64,000 nt of DNA from Bacteroidota bacterium (GTDB lineage Bacteria; Bacteroidota; Bacteroidia; Bacteroidales; JAADJA01), in assembly GCA_020444515.1 (NCBI GenBank), contig JAHLKX010000002.1:520146-584145 (forward strand), given 5' to 3'. The translations under genes and the position numbers were made by a program. The notes under the pieces were generated by a model. The model saw only the letters and a program-made list of their open reading frames with translations, did not search any database and was not told the origin of the DNA. This document shows, in pieces, positions 1 to 8,479 of this stretch; position 1 is the first letter of the stretch; every line of letters starts with the position of its first letter.

Positions 1-1
1 C

Positions 2-937
2 CTGGAAGTACTTCGGATGATCCAGGAGTTTGATCCTCCAGGAGTAGGAGCAAGGAACCTGCAGGAATGCCTGTTGATCCAACTCCGTAAGATCGAAGAA
101 CCAACCCGGCCGGTCGAAATGGCCATGCTGATCCTGGAACGTTATTTCAATGAGTTTACCAAAAAACACTATGAAAAAATACTCAAAAAAAGCCGGATGA
201 CCGAAGATGACCTGAAAATGGCCATCGAAGAAATTCTCAAATTAAATCCCAAGCCGGGCAACTCTTTGAGTGATACTTCCAAGACAAACCATTACATCCT
301 TCCTGATTTTATCATTTATAATAACAATGGCGATCTGGAGCTCCAGCTTAATTCAAGGAATACGCCCGAATTAAGATTAAGCCGTACCTATGTGGATATG
401 CTCGAAGCATACTCACAAAGTAAAAATAAAAGCCAGCATAAGGAGGCCCTTACTTTTGTAAAACAAAAAATTGATTCGGCCAAGTGGTTTATTGATGCCA
501 TCCGGCAACGTCAGAATACCCTTCAGGTAACCATGGAAGCCATCATGAATTATCAGCGCGAATATTTCCTCACCGGTGACGAAACGAGGTTGCGACCCAT
601 GATCCTGAAGGACATTGCCGAGATTGTGAACCTTGATATTTCAACCATATCCCGTGTAGCCAACAGCAAATATGTACAAACTCCATTTGGTACATTCCTG
701 TTAAAGAGTTTTTTCAGCGAATCCATGCAAACCGAAAGTGGTGAAGAAGTTTCTACCCGTGAGATCAAAAAGATTCTGTCGGATTGCATTGATGCTGAAG
801 AAAAAACCAAACCTTTAACGGATGAGCAACTGACGAAGATTCTCAAAGAAAAAGGCTATAACATTGCCCGCCGGACGGTAGCGAAATATCGCGAACAACT
901 GAATATTCCAGTGGCCCGCCTCAGGAAAGAACTTTAA
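2..937 (+). CDS. rpoN: RNA polymerase sigma-54 factor, C-terminal ~310 aa (5' end outside window)
   Basis: The frame is open to the window edge. It contains 'GVGARNLQECLLIQL' and a C-terminal RpoN-box-like 'ARRTVAKYREQLNIPVARLRK'. Confidence 0.9.
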   Translation: MEVLRMIQEFDPPGVGARNLQECLLIQLRKIEEPTRPVEMAMLILERYFNEFTKKHYEKILKKSRMTEDDLKMAIEEILKLNPKPGNSLSDTSKTNHYILPDFIIYNNNGDLELQLNSRNTPELRLSRTYVDMLEAYSQSKNKSQHKEALTFVKQKIDSAKWFIDAIRQRQNTLQVTMEAIMNYQREYFLTGDETRLRPMILKDIAEIVNLDISTISRVANSKYVQTPFGTFLLKSFFSESMQTESGEEVSTREIKKILSDCIDAEEKTKPLTDEQLTKILKEKGYNIARRTVAKYREQLNIPVARLRKEL

Positions 938-948
938 CAGATTGTGGC

Positions 949-1557
949 ATGGAATTCAGACTGGCGAAAATCATTTCTGTTTTACTGCAACCCCTTTTGA
1001 TTCCAAGTTATACATTGCTTGTTATTTTTAATCTTAACAATTATATTGCCCTGATAATTCCCCCTCAATATCGTCAGATCATACTGGGCATCGTGGTCGT
1101 AACCACATTTTTATTTCCCGCATTGTTTATTCTTATCCTTTATCGGCGTCGGGTCATTAAAACCCTGCATATGGATCAGCGGGAAGAACGGATCATTCCT
1201 TTATTGATTACTTCCATCTTTTTTTTCCTGGCGTACAATTTGATCCGGCGTATTCAGCTTGATGAGGTCTATCTGAGGATGTTTCTTGGATCCTTTCTGT
1301 CGGTGGTCATGGCATTGATCATTAGCCTGTTTTGGAAGATCAGCATGCACATGATGGGTGTTGGTGGATTTGTGGGTGCACTTATCGGAGTGTCGCAGGT
1401 CATTCCGGTTGATCTGGCCTTATGGGTAATGATCACCGTATTTTTATCGGGAATGACCGGGTTTGCCCGGTTAAAACTCAAGGCTCATACACCCATGCAG
1501 GTATATGCAGGCTTTTTGGGAGGAATGTTGGTTATGTTACTTGTGTTCAGATTTTGA
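949..1557 (+). CDS. PAP2-like integral membrane protein
   Basis: 202 aa with 5-6 hydrophobic helices. 'KISMHMMG' and 'ARLKLKAHTPMQV' resemble the PAP2 SxH and R...H motifs. It starts 12 nt after rpoN. Confidence 0.5.
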   Translation: MEFRLAKIISVLLQPLLIPSYTLLVIFNLNNYIALIIPPQYRQIILGIVVVTTFLFPALFILILYRRRVIKTLHMDQREERIIPLLITSIFFFLAYNLIRRIQLDEVYLRMFLGSFLSVVMALIISLFWKISMHMMGVGGFVGALIGVSQVIPVDLALWVMITVFLSGMTGFARLKLKAHTPMQVYAGFLGGMLVMLLVFRF

Positions 1558-1559
1558 AA

Positions 1560-2225
1560 TCAGAAAGGAATGATGGTCAAACCAATGGATATGGGATACA
1601 TGGCCGGTCCTTTGCCTTCCGTAAATAAAGTAGATAATTGGTAATATCCCCACAAATTCAACCATTTATAACCAATACGACCTGTAAAACCATAACGGTT
1701 TTTCTCTACATAGTTGAATTTAGCTTTTTTAATGATCACTGTTTGGCTGGTTCCTTCCTGATAATCCTCCCCTTTGTATTTCGTCTGGGCTTTCATGAGG
1801 AAGCCAAACTTAAAACCCACGGCCAGCCTGAATTCACCCTTGGATTTGTAACGGATCTCGATTGGAATATCCAGGTAAGTGGCTGTAAATTTGGATTTTT
1901 TATAACTGATATCATCCGGGATCACTTCGAAATAGGTTGAATCAGATGTGCCCCTGATCCATGAATCGCTGTAAAGATTATGCACACTCAATCCAATTCC
2001 GGGCGAAAAACTGACATTGCTGTTGCCAAAAATGTAATTGTAGGATCCGAAAATATTCACACCCGGATTGATGGTCTTGGGTTCGATGCTATTGGGTGTA
2101 TCCTGCCAAATATCGGTAAACAAATCAAGCCCGAAGGTGAATTTCCGTTTGGTATCTTCATTAACCACCTGCGTGAACGCATGGATTGAAAGTATGGAGA
2201 AAAGGATGATGAGTGCTTTTTTCAT
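1560..2225 (-). CDS. Outer-membrane beta-barrel (porin-family) protein
   Basis: Signal peptide MKKALIILFSILSIHAFTQ. Alternating hydrophobic beta-strand pattern with a C-terminal aromatic ('LTIIPF'). Confidence 0.6.
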   Translation of the reverse strand: MKKALIILFSILSIHAFTQVVNEDTKRKFTFGLDLFTDIWQDTPNSIEPKTINPGVNIFGSYNYIFGNSNVSFSPGIGLSVHNLYSDSWIRGTSDSTYFEVIPDDISYKKSKFTATYLDIPIEIRYKSKGEFRLAVGFKFGFLMKAQTKYKGEDYQEGTSQTVIIKKAKFNYVEKNRYGFTGRIGYKWLNLWGYYQLSTLFTEGKGPAMYPISIGLTIIPF

Positions 2226-2284
2226 TCGTCAAATGTTTTGTAATACAAAGATACTACTTTCTGAAAAATACAGAATAATGGGAT

Positions 2285-3196
2285 TTACATCCACTTTTTA
2301 CGTTTGAATAGAAGGTACATAAAAATGACAATGGTCATCATGGCCAGGATGACGATCCAGAAAGAACGTGGATCGTCCTGCAAGGGCAGATTGACATTCA
2401 TGCCATATAGACCGGTGAGGAAGGTCAAAGGCAGCAGGATAGACGAAATGAGCGTGAGTATTTTGATGATCTCATTTGTCCGGTTGGCCTGCAATGAATC
2501 AAAGGTTTGCGAAAGTCCCTCAATCAGTTCAGCATAGTCCTCGGTCATGTCCCACATCTGTTTATAGTAGTCGAGGATATTGCCCCAGTAATCTTCCATG
2601 TTATCAGCAAAACCTTCAATCTGACCCGACTCAAAGCGTCCGAAGAGCGGTAATTGAGGTTTGAACATGGTATTGAGCAAAATCATATTTTTCCGGATCA
2701 CGGAAATCATTTCAATGGTTTTTTCTGCCCGGATATTAAACAGCAGCTTGTTGATGGCCTCCACATCATCGCCGATCCTTTTGATCACCTTTTGGGTGGC
2801 TTTCATTAATCTTTCAAGGATGTAATAAAGCAATTGATCGCTGGTCCCCACTTCAAATTCTTCTCCCCTTGTTTCCTGATCCTTTCCTTCTTTGAACATT
2901 TCAGCAACAACCCAATGCGATTTTCCGATGGTGATCACATAATCCTCACCCCAGAATATTTTCACTTCCTTTACCTTCAGAAGTTTATTCTGACGATCAA
3001 AATTCGGAAAGTGGAGTATAATGAAATAATAATCATCATACACATCTATTTTCGGTCGTTGATTGAAATCAGCTCGACAATCCTCAATATCCAGGGGGTG
3101 GAAATGGAAATTATTCTTGAGAAATTCCAGGTTGTCGTCGGTTGGATTTAAGATGTGATGCCACCTGAGGGTCCCTATTTTCAATGTTTCAATCAT
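2285..3196 (-). CDS. corA: CorA-family Mg2+/Co2+ transporter
   Basis: 303 aa with two C-terminal TM helices and the signature 'GLYGMNV' (GMN motif). Confidence 0.85.
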   Translation of the reverse strand: MIETLKIGTLRWHHILNPTDDNLEFLKNNFHFHPLDIEDCRADFNQRPKIDVYDDYYFIILHFPNFDRQNKLLKVKEVKIFWGEDYVITIGKSHWVVAEMFKEGKDQETRGEEFEVGTSDQLLYYILERLMKATQKVIKRIGDDVEAINKLLFNIRAEKTIEMISVIRKNMILLNTMFKPQLPLFGRFESGQIEGFADNMEDYWGNILDYYKQMWDMTEDYAELIEGLSQTFDSLQANRTNEIIKILTLISSILLPLTFLTGLYGMNVNLPLQDDPRSFWIVILAMMTIVIFMYLLFKRKKWM

Positions 3197-3368
3197 AGCG
3201 CCGATTTTTTGTCGTTAATACTTCAAATCCTCGTTCGGCTTTCATCAGAGGCTTTAATTTGTAGCTTTAAGCGGATAGCCAAATCCGGCCACGAAATTAT
3301 TAAAAATTTAGACGTGGCGTTGTCTTGCTGCGAATAAAATTCCTTACAGGATAGAATTCTAGGCAAAT

Positions 3369-3401
3369 CAAAAAAAAAAGCCGGTATTTAAATACCGGCT
3401 T
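3369..3401 (-). terminator. Rho-independent terminator after the 3422-5266 gene
   Basis: Hairpin agccggtattt/aaataccggct at 3379-3400. An A-run on the plus strand gives a U-tract on the minus strand. Confidence 0.8.
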
Positions 3402-3421
3402 TTCAAAATTCTGGATTGTGG

Positions 3422-5266
3422 TTATTCAACAATCATTTTCTTTGTAACGGCATGATCTCCCGACCGAACGGTGTAAAAATAAACACCATCTTCAAGGTCA
3501 TTGGCCTGGATGGTCAGTTCGGCTTTTCCGCTGTTAAACCGTTGTGCCGGTAATTGATATACTACCTGCCCCATGAGGTTGGTTACTTCCAAACTTAGGT
3601 CAGCTGGTTCATCCAGCATAACATAAACCGAAGTGGATCCGGAAAATGGATTCGGGTAGTTTTGAGAAACATTACCAGAAGTTACTGGTGTTCTGCTTTC
3701 TGAAATACCACTGATAATATCCGTTTTGGGAATGGTGACAAAACGGGTGAAATTTTCTTCAGGGCTGATTCCATTCTCGTTGGTTCCGGGTGTATTATCT
3801 GCTTGATAGGTAAAATAAATATTATCATCAGATTTATCTGCAGCCGATGGGAAAGCACATTCATCAAATAAGTTAATGAGATCATTGGTCAAATCATGGA
3901 ACGTACCCCACCATTCACCACCATTAACGGAAGACCGTGCCCAAATATGACGATAACTGGCAGAGCCATTGTCATAACCTTCGGTTACGGAGGAATAAAC
4001 CACAAATATTTGATTCTGATCATCCACAATGATCTGTGGTTGACTTGAAAGTCCAGTGTTATAATACCCCCATTCATCAAGGATATCAAGGGTTCCATTG
4101 TTGTCAATATCCTGTGACCAACCAATCAGGCTATAATCTTCTTCGAGTTCTGAATCGGGGTGTCCGTAGGGATTCAGGGCATTGATATCGTTGGAAAATG
4201 CAGGGCGGTTTTCATTCCAGTATACAACACCATCAATTCCGGGGAAATAACTTGGACCGCCGCCGTCTTCAAGGCTTCGGGTAAGGCTGAATGCCACGTG
4301 AATCAAACCACTATTATCAATAGCAATATCATGTGACCCATCAGGTGAATAGAATGTATCTGTTGGTGTTCCCGCATTGAGTGGATAGGGACACTCCCAA
4401 ATTACCGATTTGTCCCAGGTATCACCATCGTCCATTGATTTCATGATGGCCAGGTCCATCCAGCCATCGCCAACAAGAAATGCCAATGTCCCGGCGTTTG
4501 GTTCTGCCCAATCGTAAGTATCACCTCCAAGATCCAGGGTATAATCAGTGCCCAGTTCATCAAAAACCTGGTTTTCGATTTCCCATGATGTACCTGCATC
4601 AGTCGTTCTGGCATAAAATAAAGCATGATCCTGACCATTATAAGCTACCCAGGTTGTTGAAAGAATATGGATGATATTATTATCCGGTCCGGTTGTAACT
4701 ACCCTGGGGAAGGAAATATCTTCAGCACCTAAGGGTCCTGGTTGAATGACCAAATTCCAATCGCCAGTACCCCTTTCTACACGGGTTCCCAGTATGGTAC
4801 CTTCAAAATAATCATGGCAAGTATAAGCTTCTCCATTCTCGCCAAAAGTTGTATAGGAAGGCCATCCTGCCTGTGCAGCATTTTCAATAGCAGCCGTAGG
4901 AAAAGGACCCCAACTGTCTCCGTCAAAATAGTTATATCCGGTACCCCGGTCAGGTCCGCTGGGATTTCCTTCAGGTCCCATGGTCCAAACTGCACCAATT
5001 GTTCCATCGTCATGCAAATAAACACGTGTTTGCATGCTCTGATTGGTTTGGATATCATACCATGTACTTCCGATATCTTCTTCTGCCAAAATACTTTTAT
5101 AATTTGCTCCTGGAGTTTGCGTGTATACAGCTGATTCCAATCCTTTAACGGGTTTCTTGAGCTCAACAGCTTTGTCCCTCAATGTTTTTGAAAGTACGGC
5201 GCGTTGTTGAGCATATGTGCCCGCTACAAAGGCCAGTACCATTAATAAGAGTAAAGTTTTTCTCAT
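3422..5266 (-). CDS. Secreted Asp-box (BNR) beta-propeller-like protein with T9SS type-A C-terminal domain (paralog 1 of 4)
   Basis: Signal peptide MRKTLLLLMVLAFVAGTYAQ. Asp-boxes 'TTDAGTSWE', 'SMDDGDTWDK' and 'SSVNGGEWW'. C-terminal domain 'VSQNYPNPFSGSTSVYV...GVYFYTVRSGDHAVTKKMIVE'. Confidence 0.8.
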   Translation of the reverse strand: MRKTLLLLMVLAFVAGTYAQQRAVLSKTLRDKAVELKKPVKGLESAVYTQTPGANYKSILAEEDIGSTWYDIQTNQSMQTRVYLHDDGTIGAVWTMGPEGNPSGPDRGTGYNYFDGDSWGPFPTAAIENAAQAGWPSYTTFGENGEAYTCHDYFEGTILGTRVERGTGDWNLVIQPGPLGAEDISFPRVVTTGPDNNIIHILSTTWVAYNGQDHALFYARTTDAGTSWEIENQVFDELGTDYTLDLGGDTYDWAEPNAGTLAFLVGDGWMDLAIMKSMDDGDTWDKSVIWECPYPLNAGTPTDTFYSPDGSHDIAIDNSGLIHVAFSLTRSLEDGGGPSYFPGIDGVVYWNENRPAFSNDINALNPYGHPDSELEEDYSLIGWSQDIDNNGTLDILDEWGYYNTGLSSQPQIIVDDQNQIFVVYSSVTEGYDNGSASYRHIWARSSVNGGEWWGTFHDLTNDLINLFDECAFPSAADKSDDNIYFTYQADNTPGTNENGISPEENFTRFVTIPKTDIISGISESRTPVTSGNVSQNYPNPFSGSTSVYVMLDEPADLSLEVTNLMGQVVYQLPAQRFNSGKAELTIQANDLEDGVYFYTVRSGDHAVTKKMIVE

Positions 5267-5413
5267 GATAATAAATTTTTTAATGAATGATTTATGTTGT
5301 TTCCTTTTTAGTTATGACTTCTATGCTTCACAAAGTTACACAAATATTTAATTTTCACAGCTTCTGCCATGAAAAGTATGTCAATTTCTTTGATATGTTA
5401 AATGTTTTTGAAT

Positions 5414-5442
5414 CAATCCTTCCCCACAAAGGGGAAGGATTG
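5414..5442 (-). terminator. Hairpin downstream of the 5456-7339 gene (no clear U-tract)
   Basis: caatccttcccc-acaaa-ggggaaggattg, a 12-bp perfect stem lying 14 nt after the stop codon. Confidence 0.4.
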
Positions 5443-5455
5443 AACCAAATAATCT

Positions 5456-7339
5456 TTATTCCACTACCATTTTCCGGGTTACCTTTTCGTTACCTGCCTC
5501 AACGGTATAAAAATATACCCCTTTGGTCAACTGACTGCCATCAATCCTGAACATGTGTGAACCTGCAGTTAGATGCTTTGATGGAAGTTCCTGTACCTTT
5601 TGTCCCATGACATTGGATACTTCAACCCTGACAAGTGCCGGTTGTGTCAAATCAATTTGCAGGTTGGTTATTCCTGTGAACGGATTGGGATAATTTTGTG
5701 ATACCTCAAACAACTTTTGAGCAGTGGTGTATTGATCCATTCCGGTGATCTCATCCTTGTTGACTTCCATAAAAACCCAGTAATTATCACCAAAGGGATC
5801 TTCATCACCTGCTACGGCCATACCCGGCTCCGAGTCTTGTTGGTACATCAGGTAAATGGCTTCCGGATCGTGATTCTGAGCAACCGCCGGAAAAACACTT
5901 TCATCAAAAATATGGATCAAGCCGGCGGTTAGATGGGTGAAATGACCCCAGGACTGCCCGCCATCCACCGATACCCTCGACCATAGATGTCTGAAATTTT
6001 GCTGGCCATTTTCATAGGTTTCAGTAACAGATGAGTAGAACACATACATTTCATTGGAATTTCCCATGACCAGTTGCACCATGCTCGAAAGACCTACATA
6101 ATATTTCCCAATGTTTTCAATGGCTGTACCCACGAAGGTGAGCTCACCATCACCATCCATATCCTGGCTCCAGCCGATCAGATTGTAATCTTCGATCAGC
6201 TCCGAACCTTCTTCACCATAGGGATTGAGTGCATTGAAAGTACCTGAAAAGGCCGGCATGGTTTCATTCCAGTAACCCACCCCATCTATAAAGGGGAACC
6301 AGTAGGTGCCAGTTTCATCGGCCCGGGCCCGGTTGATTCCAAAAATGACATGTGCCATGCCCTCATTGTCGAGTTTAATATCCCATGAACCATCTACGCA
6401 ATAAAATGTATCGGTTGGGGTTCCGCTGGCCCACATGGGATAAGGATGTTCCCAGATCAGGGTTTTTTCCCAGGTGTCACCATTGTCGGTTGATTTCATA
6501 AGAAAGGCTTCATTAAATGGTCCACCCACAACAAAAGCAAGTACGCCATCACGAACCGGTGCCATGTCGTATTCATCACCATTAAAATGGGTGTAATAAC
6601 TTGCAGAGAGCTCTTCAAGCAATAGGTTTTGAATGTCCCAGGTTTCACCACCATCGGTGGAACGGGAATATAGCATGGCTCCATCCAAACCCTGGTAAGC
6701 AACACCTTGATTGGCAACAGGTCGCGTTACCCCCAGCAGGTGAATTGTGTTGTGATCAATACCTGTCACAGTGAAAGAGGGCCATAACAGTGCCTCGGCA
6801 CCAGTCGGACCGGGATAAAGGTATTCGGTCCAGTCACCGGTGCCTTTCTCTGGTCTTCTGTTGACCAGTAATCCATCATCGCTTCCTCCGGAGATGTGAG
6901 AGATGACGATTTCGCCGTTTTCACCAAGTGGACCGTAGCAAGGCCATCCACTTCGCTGACTTTCGATGCGATCGGTAGGAAATTCTCCCCAATTATTACC
7001 ATCGTAGTAGTTGTAACCTGTTCCGCGATCACTAAAGCCCGGGTCGGCATAACCGTTCATCCAGGTAGCTCCAAAGGTGCCATCATCAAAGTAGTACAAA
7101 CGATTCTGGGTGGTGGAGTTGGTTTGCCGATCATACCGTGAATCTCCAATCTGGGTTTCGACAGGAGAGAGGGTGGCTTTGAGCGCCGGGTTTTCAAACT
7201 GTGTTGAATGATGATTTACATCAACCATGTCTTTTTTAACACCGTAATTTTTCAGTTCAGTTGACATGTGGGCACGCTGTTGGGCCCAGGCTGATAATCC
7301 GAAGATTGCAATAAAATACAAAAGAAAAAGTCTTTTCAT
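5456..7339 (-). CDS. Secreted Asp-box beta-propeller-like protein with T9SS type-A C-terminal domain (paralog 2 of 4)
   Basis: Signal peptide MKRLFLLYFIAIFGLSAWAQ. Asp-boxes 'STDGGETWD', 'STDNGDTWEK' and 'VSVDGGQSWG'. C-terminal domain 'VSQNYPNPFTGITNL...GVYFYTVEAGNEKVTRKMVVE'. Confidence 0.8.
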   Translation of the reverse strand: MKRLFLLYFIAIFGLSAWAQQRAHMSTELKNYGVKKDMVDVNHHSTQFENPALKATLSPVETQIGDSRYDRQTNSTTQNRLYYFDDGTFGATWMNGYADPGFSDRGTGYNYYDGNNWGEFPTDRIESQRSGWPCYGPLGENGEIVISHISGGSDDGLLVNRRPEKGTGDWTEYLYPGPTGAEALLWPSFTVTGIDHNTIHLLGVTRPVANQGVAYQGLDGAMLYSRSTDGGETWDIQNLLLEELSASYYTHFNGDEYDMAPVRDGVLAFVVGGPFNEAFLMKSTDNGDTWEKTLIWEHPYPMWASGTPTDTFYCVDGSWDIKLDNEGMAHVIFGINRARADETGTYWFPFIDGVGYWNETMPAFSGTFNALNPYGEEGSELIEDYNLIGWSQDMDGDGELTFVGTAIENIGKYYVGLSSMVQLVMGNSNEMYVFYSSVTETYENGQQNFRHLWSRVSVDGGQSWGHFTHLTAGLIHIFDESVFPAVAQNHDPEAIYLMYQQDSEPGMAVAGDEDPFGDNYWVFMEVNKDEITGMDQYTTAQKLFEVSQNYPNPFTGITNLQIDLTQPALVRVEVSNVMGQKVQELPSKHLTAGSHMFRIDGSQLTKGVYFYTVEAGNEKVTRKMVVE

Positions 7340-7419
7340 GATTAAATAAATTTTTGGTTAGAAATAAATTAACTGTTTAAATGGTTACTACCAAAGGTAA
7401 GGTATGACTGATGATTAGT

Positions 7420-7465
7420 CAAGGAGAAATCAGTCAGCGGTAAGTTCAAATCAGTTAACGGTAAA
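7420..7465 (-). promoter_or_regulatory. Conserved 46-nt upstream element with internal direct repeat (copy 1)
   Basis: On the gene strand it reads tttaccgttaactgatttgaacttaccgctgactgatttctccttg, 80 nt upstream of the ATG at 7339. It matches 42919-42964 at 36 of 46 positions in an ungapped alignment. Confidence 0.4.
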
Positions 7466-7510
7466 TGGGTTCAGCCGATCTTGTCGGCGGAGTCCAGTAG
7501 CACAAAAAAA

Positions 7511-7534
7511 GGCTACCTGGAATTCCAGGCAGCC
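7511..7534 (-). terminator. Rho-independent terminator after the 7556-8224 gene
   Basis: Hairpin ggctacctgg-aatt-ccaggcagcc. The preceding plus-strand A7 run gives a U-tract on the minus strand. Confidence 0.75.
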
Positions 7535-7555
7535 TTTCATCATTTTTGGGTTGGA

Positions 7556-8224
7556 TTATTTTCCGCCAAACATCAGGGCAACGTTAATAGAAATAACGCC
7601 ATTCTTAACATCAGCAGATTCTCCGTTGACTTCCTCAGCAATGGTTCCAAGACCCATATTGTAGCGGGCTCCCACAACCAATCCAAAGCTGCTCATTGGG
7701 ATTTTGGCCCCAGCACCAATTGCCAGTCCGATATCGGTGCTTTTATAGTTGTCTTTAACTTTGGAGGTTTCATAAGTGATCTGGCCTGTGGTCCAGTCAA
7801 CACCAGTAGGGACTTTCATTTCACTTTCACCATCATATTTGGCACTCATCAGGAATCCGATGGTTGGTCCCAGTTCTCCATAGAATTTGATGTCATCACC
7901 AAACTGAGCTTGCGCCAGGATCGGGATATTGATGTACCCGAGGCTGAACGGAAACGTTTTTTCTTCATTGTTTTCGTCAACACCATCATATTTAGCGCCT
8001 TTGGCGTCGTATAATAATTCGGCCTGAACAGAAAACATGTCGTTAATGGCATAATTACCGACAGCACCAATGTTGAATCCGATCAACATGCTGTTATCCT
8101 TTACATCGTCCCCATTTAAATTGGCCAAATTCAATCCCAATTTCGGTCCGTAAGTTACTTGTGCCATTGCGCTAAATGCAAATGCAATGGTTGTGACCAA
8201 TAAAATAAATCTGATCTTTTTCAT
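7556..8224 (-). CDS. Outer-membrane beta-barrel (porin/OmpW-like) protein
   Basis: Signal peptide MKKIRFILLVTTIAFAFSAMAQ. Gly/aromatic-rich amphipathic strands and a monocistronic layout with its own terminator. Confidence 0.65.
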   Translation of the reverse strand: MKKIRFILLVTTIAFAFSAMAQVTYGPKLGLNLANLNGDDVKDNSMLIGFNIGAVGNYAINDMFSVQAELLYDAKGAKYDGVDENNEEKTFPFSLGYINIPILAQAQFGDDIKFYGELGPTIGFLMSAKYDGESEMKVPTGVDWTTGQITYETSKVKDNYKSTDIGLAIGAGAKIPMSSFGLVVGARYNMGLGTIAEEVNGESADVKNGVISINVALMFGGK

Positions 8225-8479
8225 AAGGTAATAATTTAAGTTGATTTGAAAATTACTTGGTTAAACTCTGTGCAAATATAACATTATTTGTAACTTTCAA
8301 AAAAATACTGTTAACTTATTATGATCCATAGAGTGAACAAAATGGTTACTTGAATCTATAAATATAACACGTTCAGTGAACTATATGGTTATTTTATGTT
8401 CAAGTTAATATGAAATTAAACATATTAATGTTTAAAATATATATAAAAACTATAAACTTGTTGAGTGATATAATCCGTT

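Noticed and set aside
3422-7339. Annotating the Asp-box paralogs as sialidases
   Set aside because: Asp-boxes occur in many non-sialidase propellers. I found no RIP/FRIP motif or arginine-triad context by eye, so only a generic BNR/Asp-box call is made.
7481-8014. 177-aa plus-strand ORF
   Set aside because: It lies antisense within the well-supported OMP gene at 7556-8224, starts at TTG and runs through that gene's terminator hairpin. Its composition is low-complexity. It is a shadow ORF.
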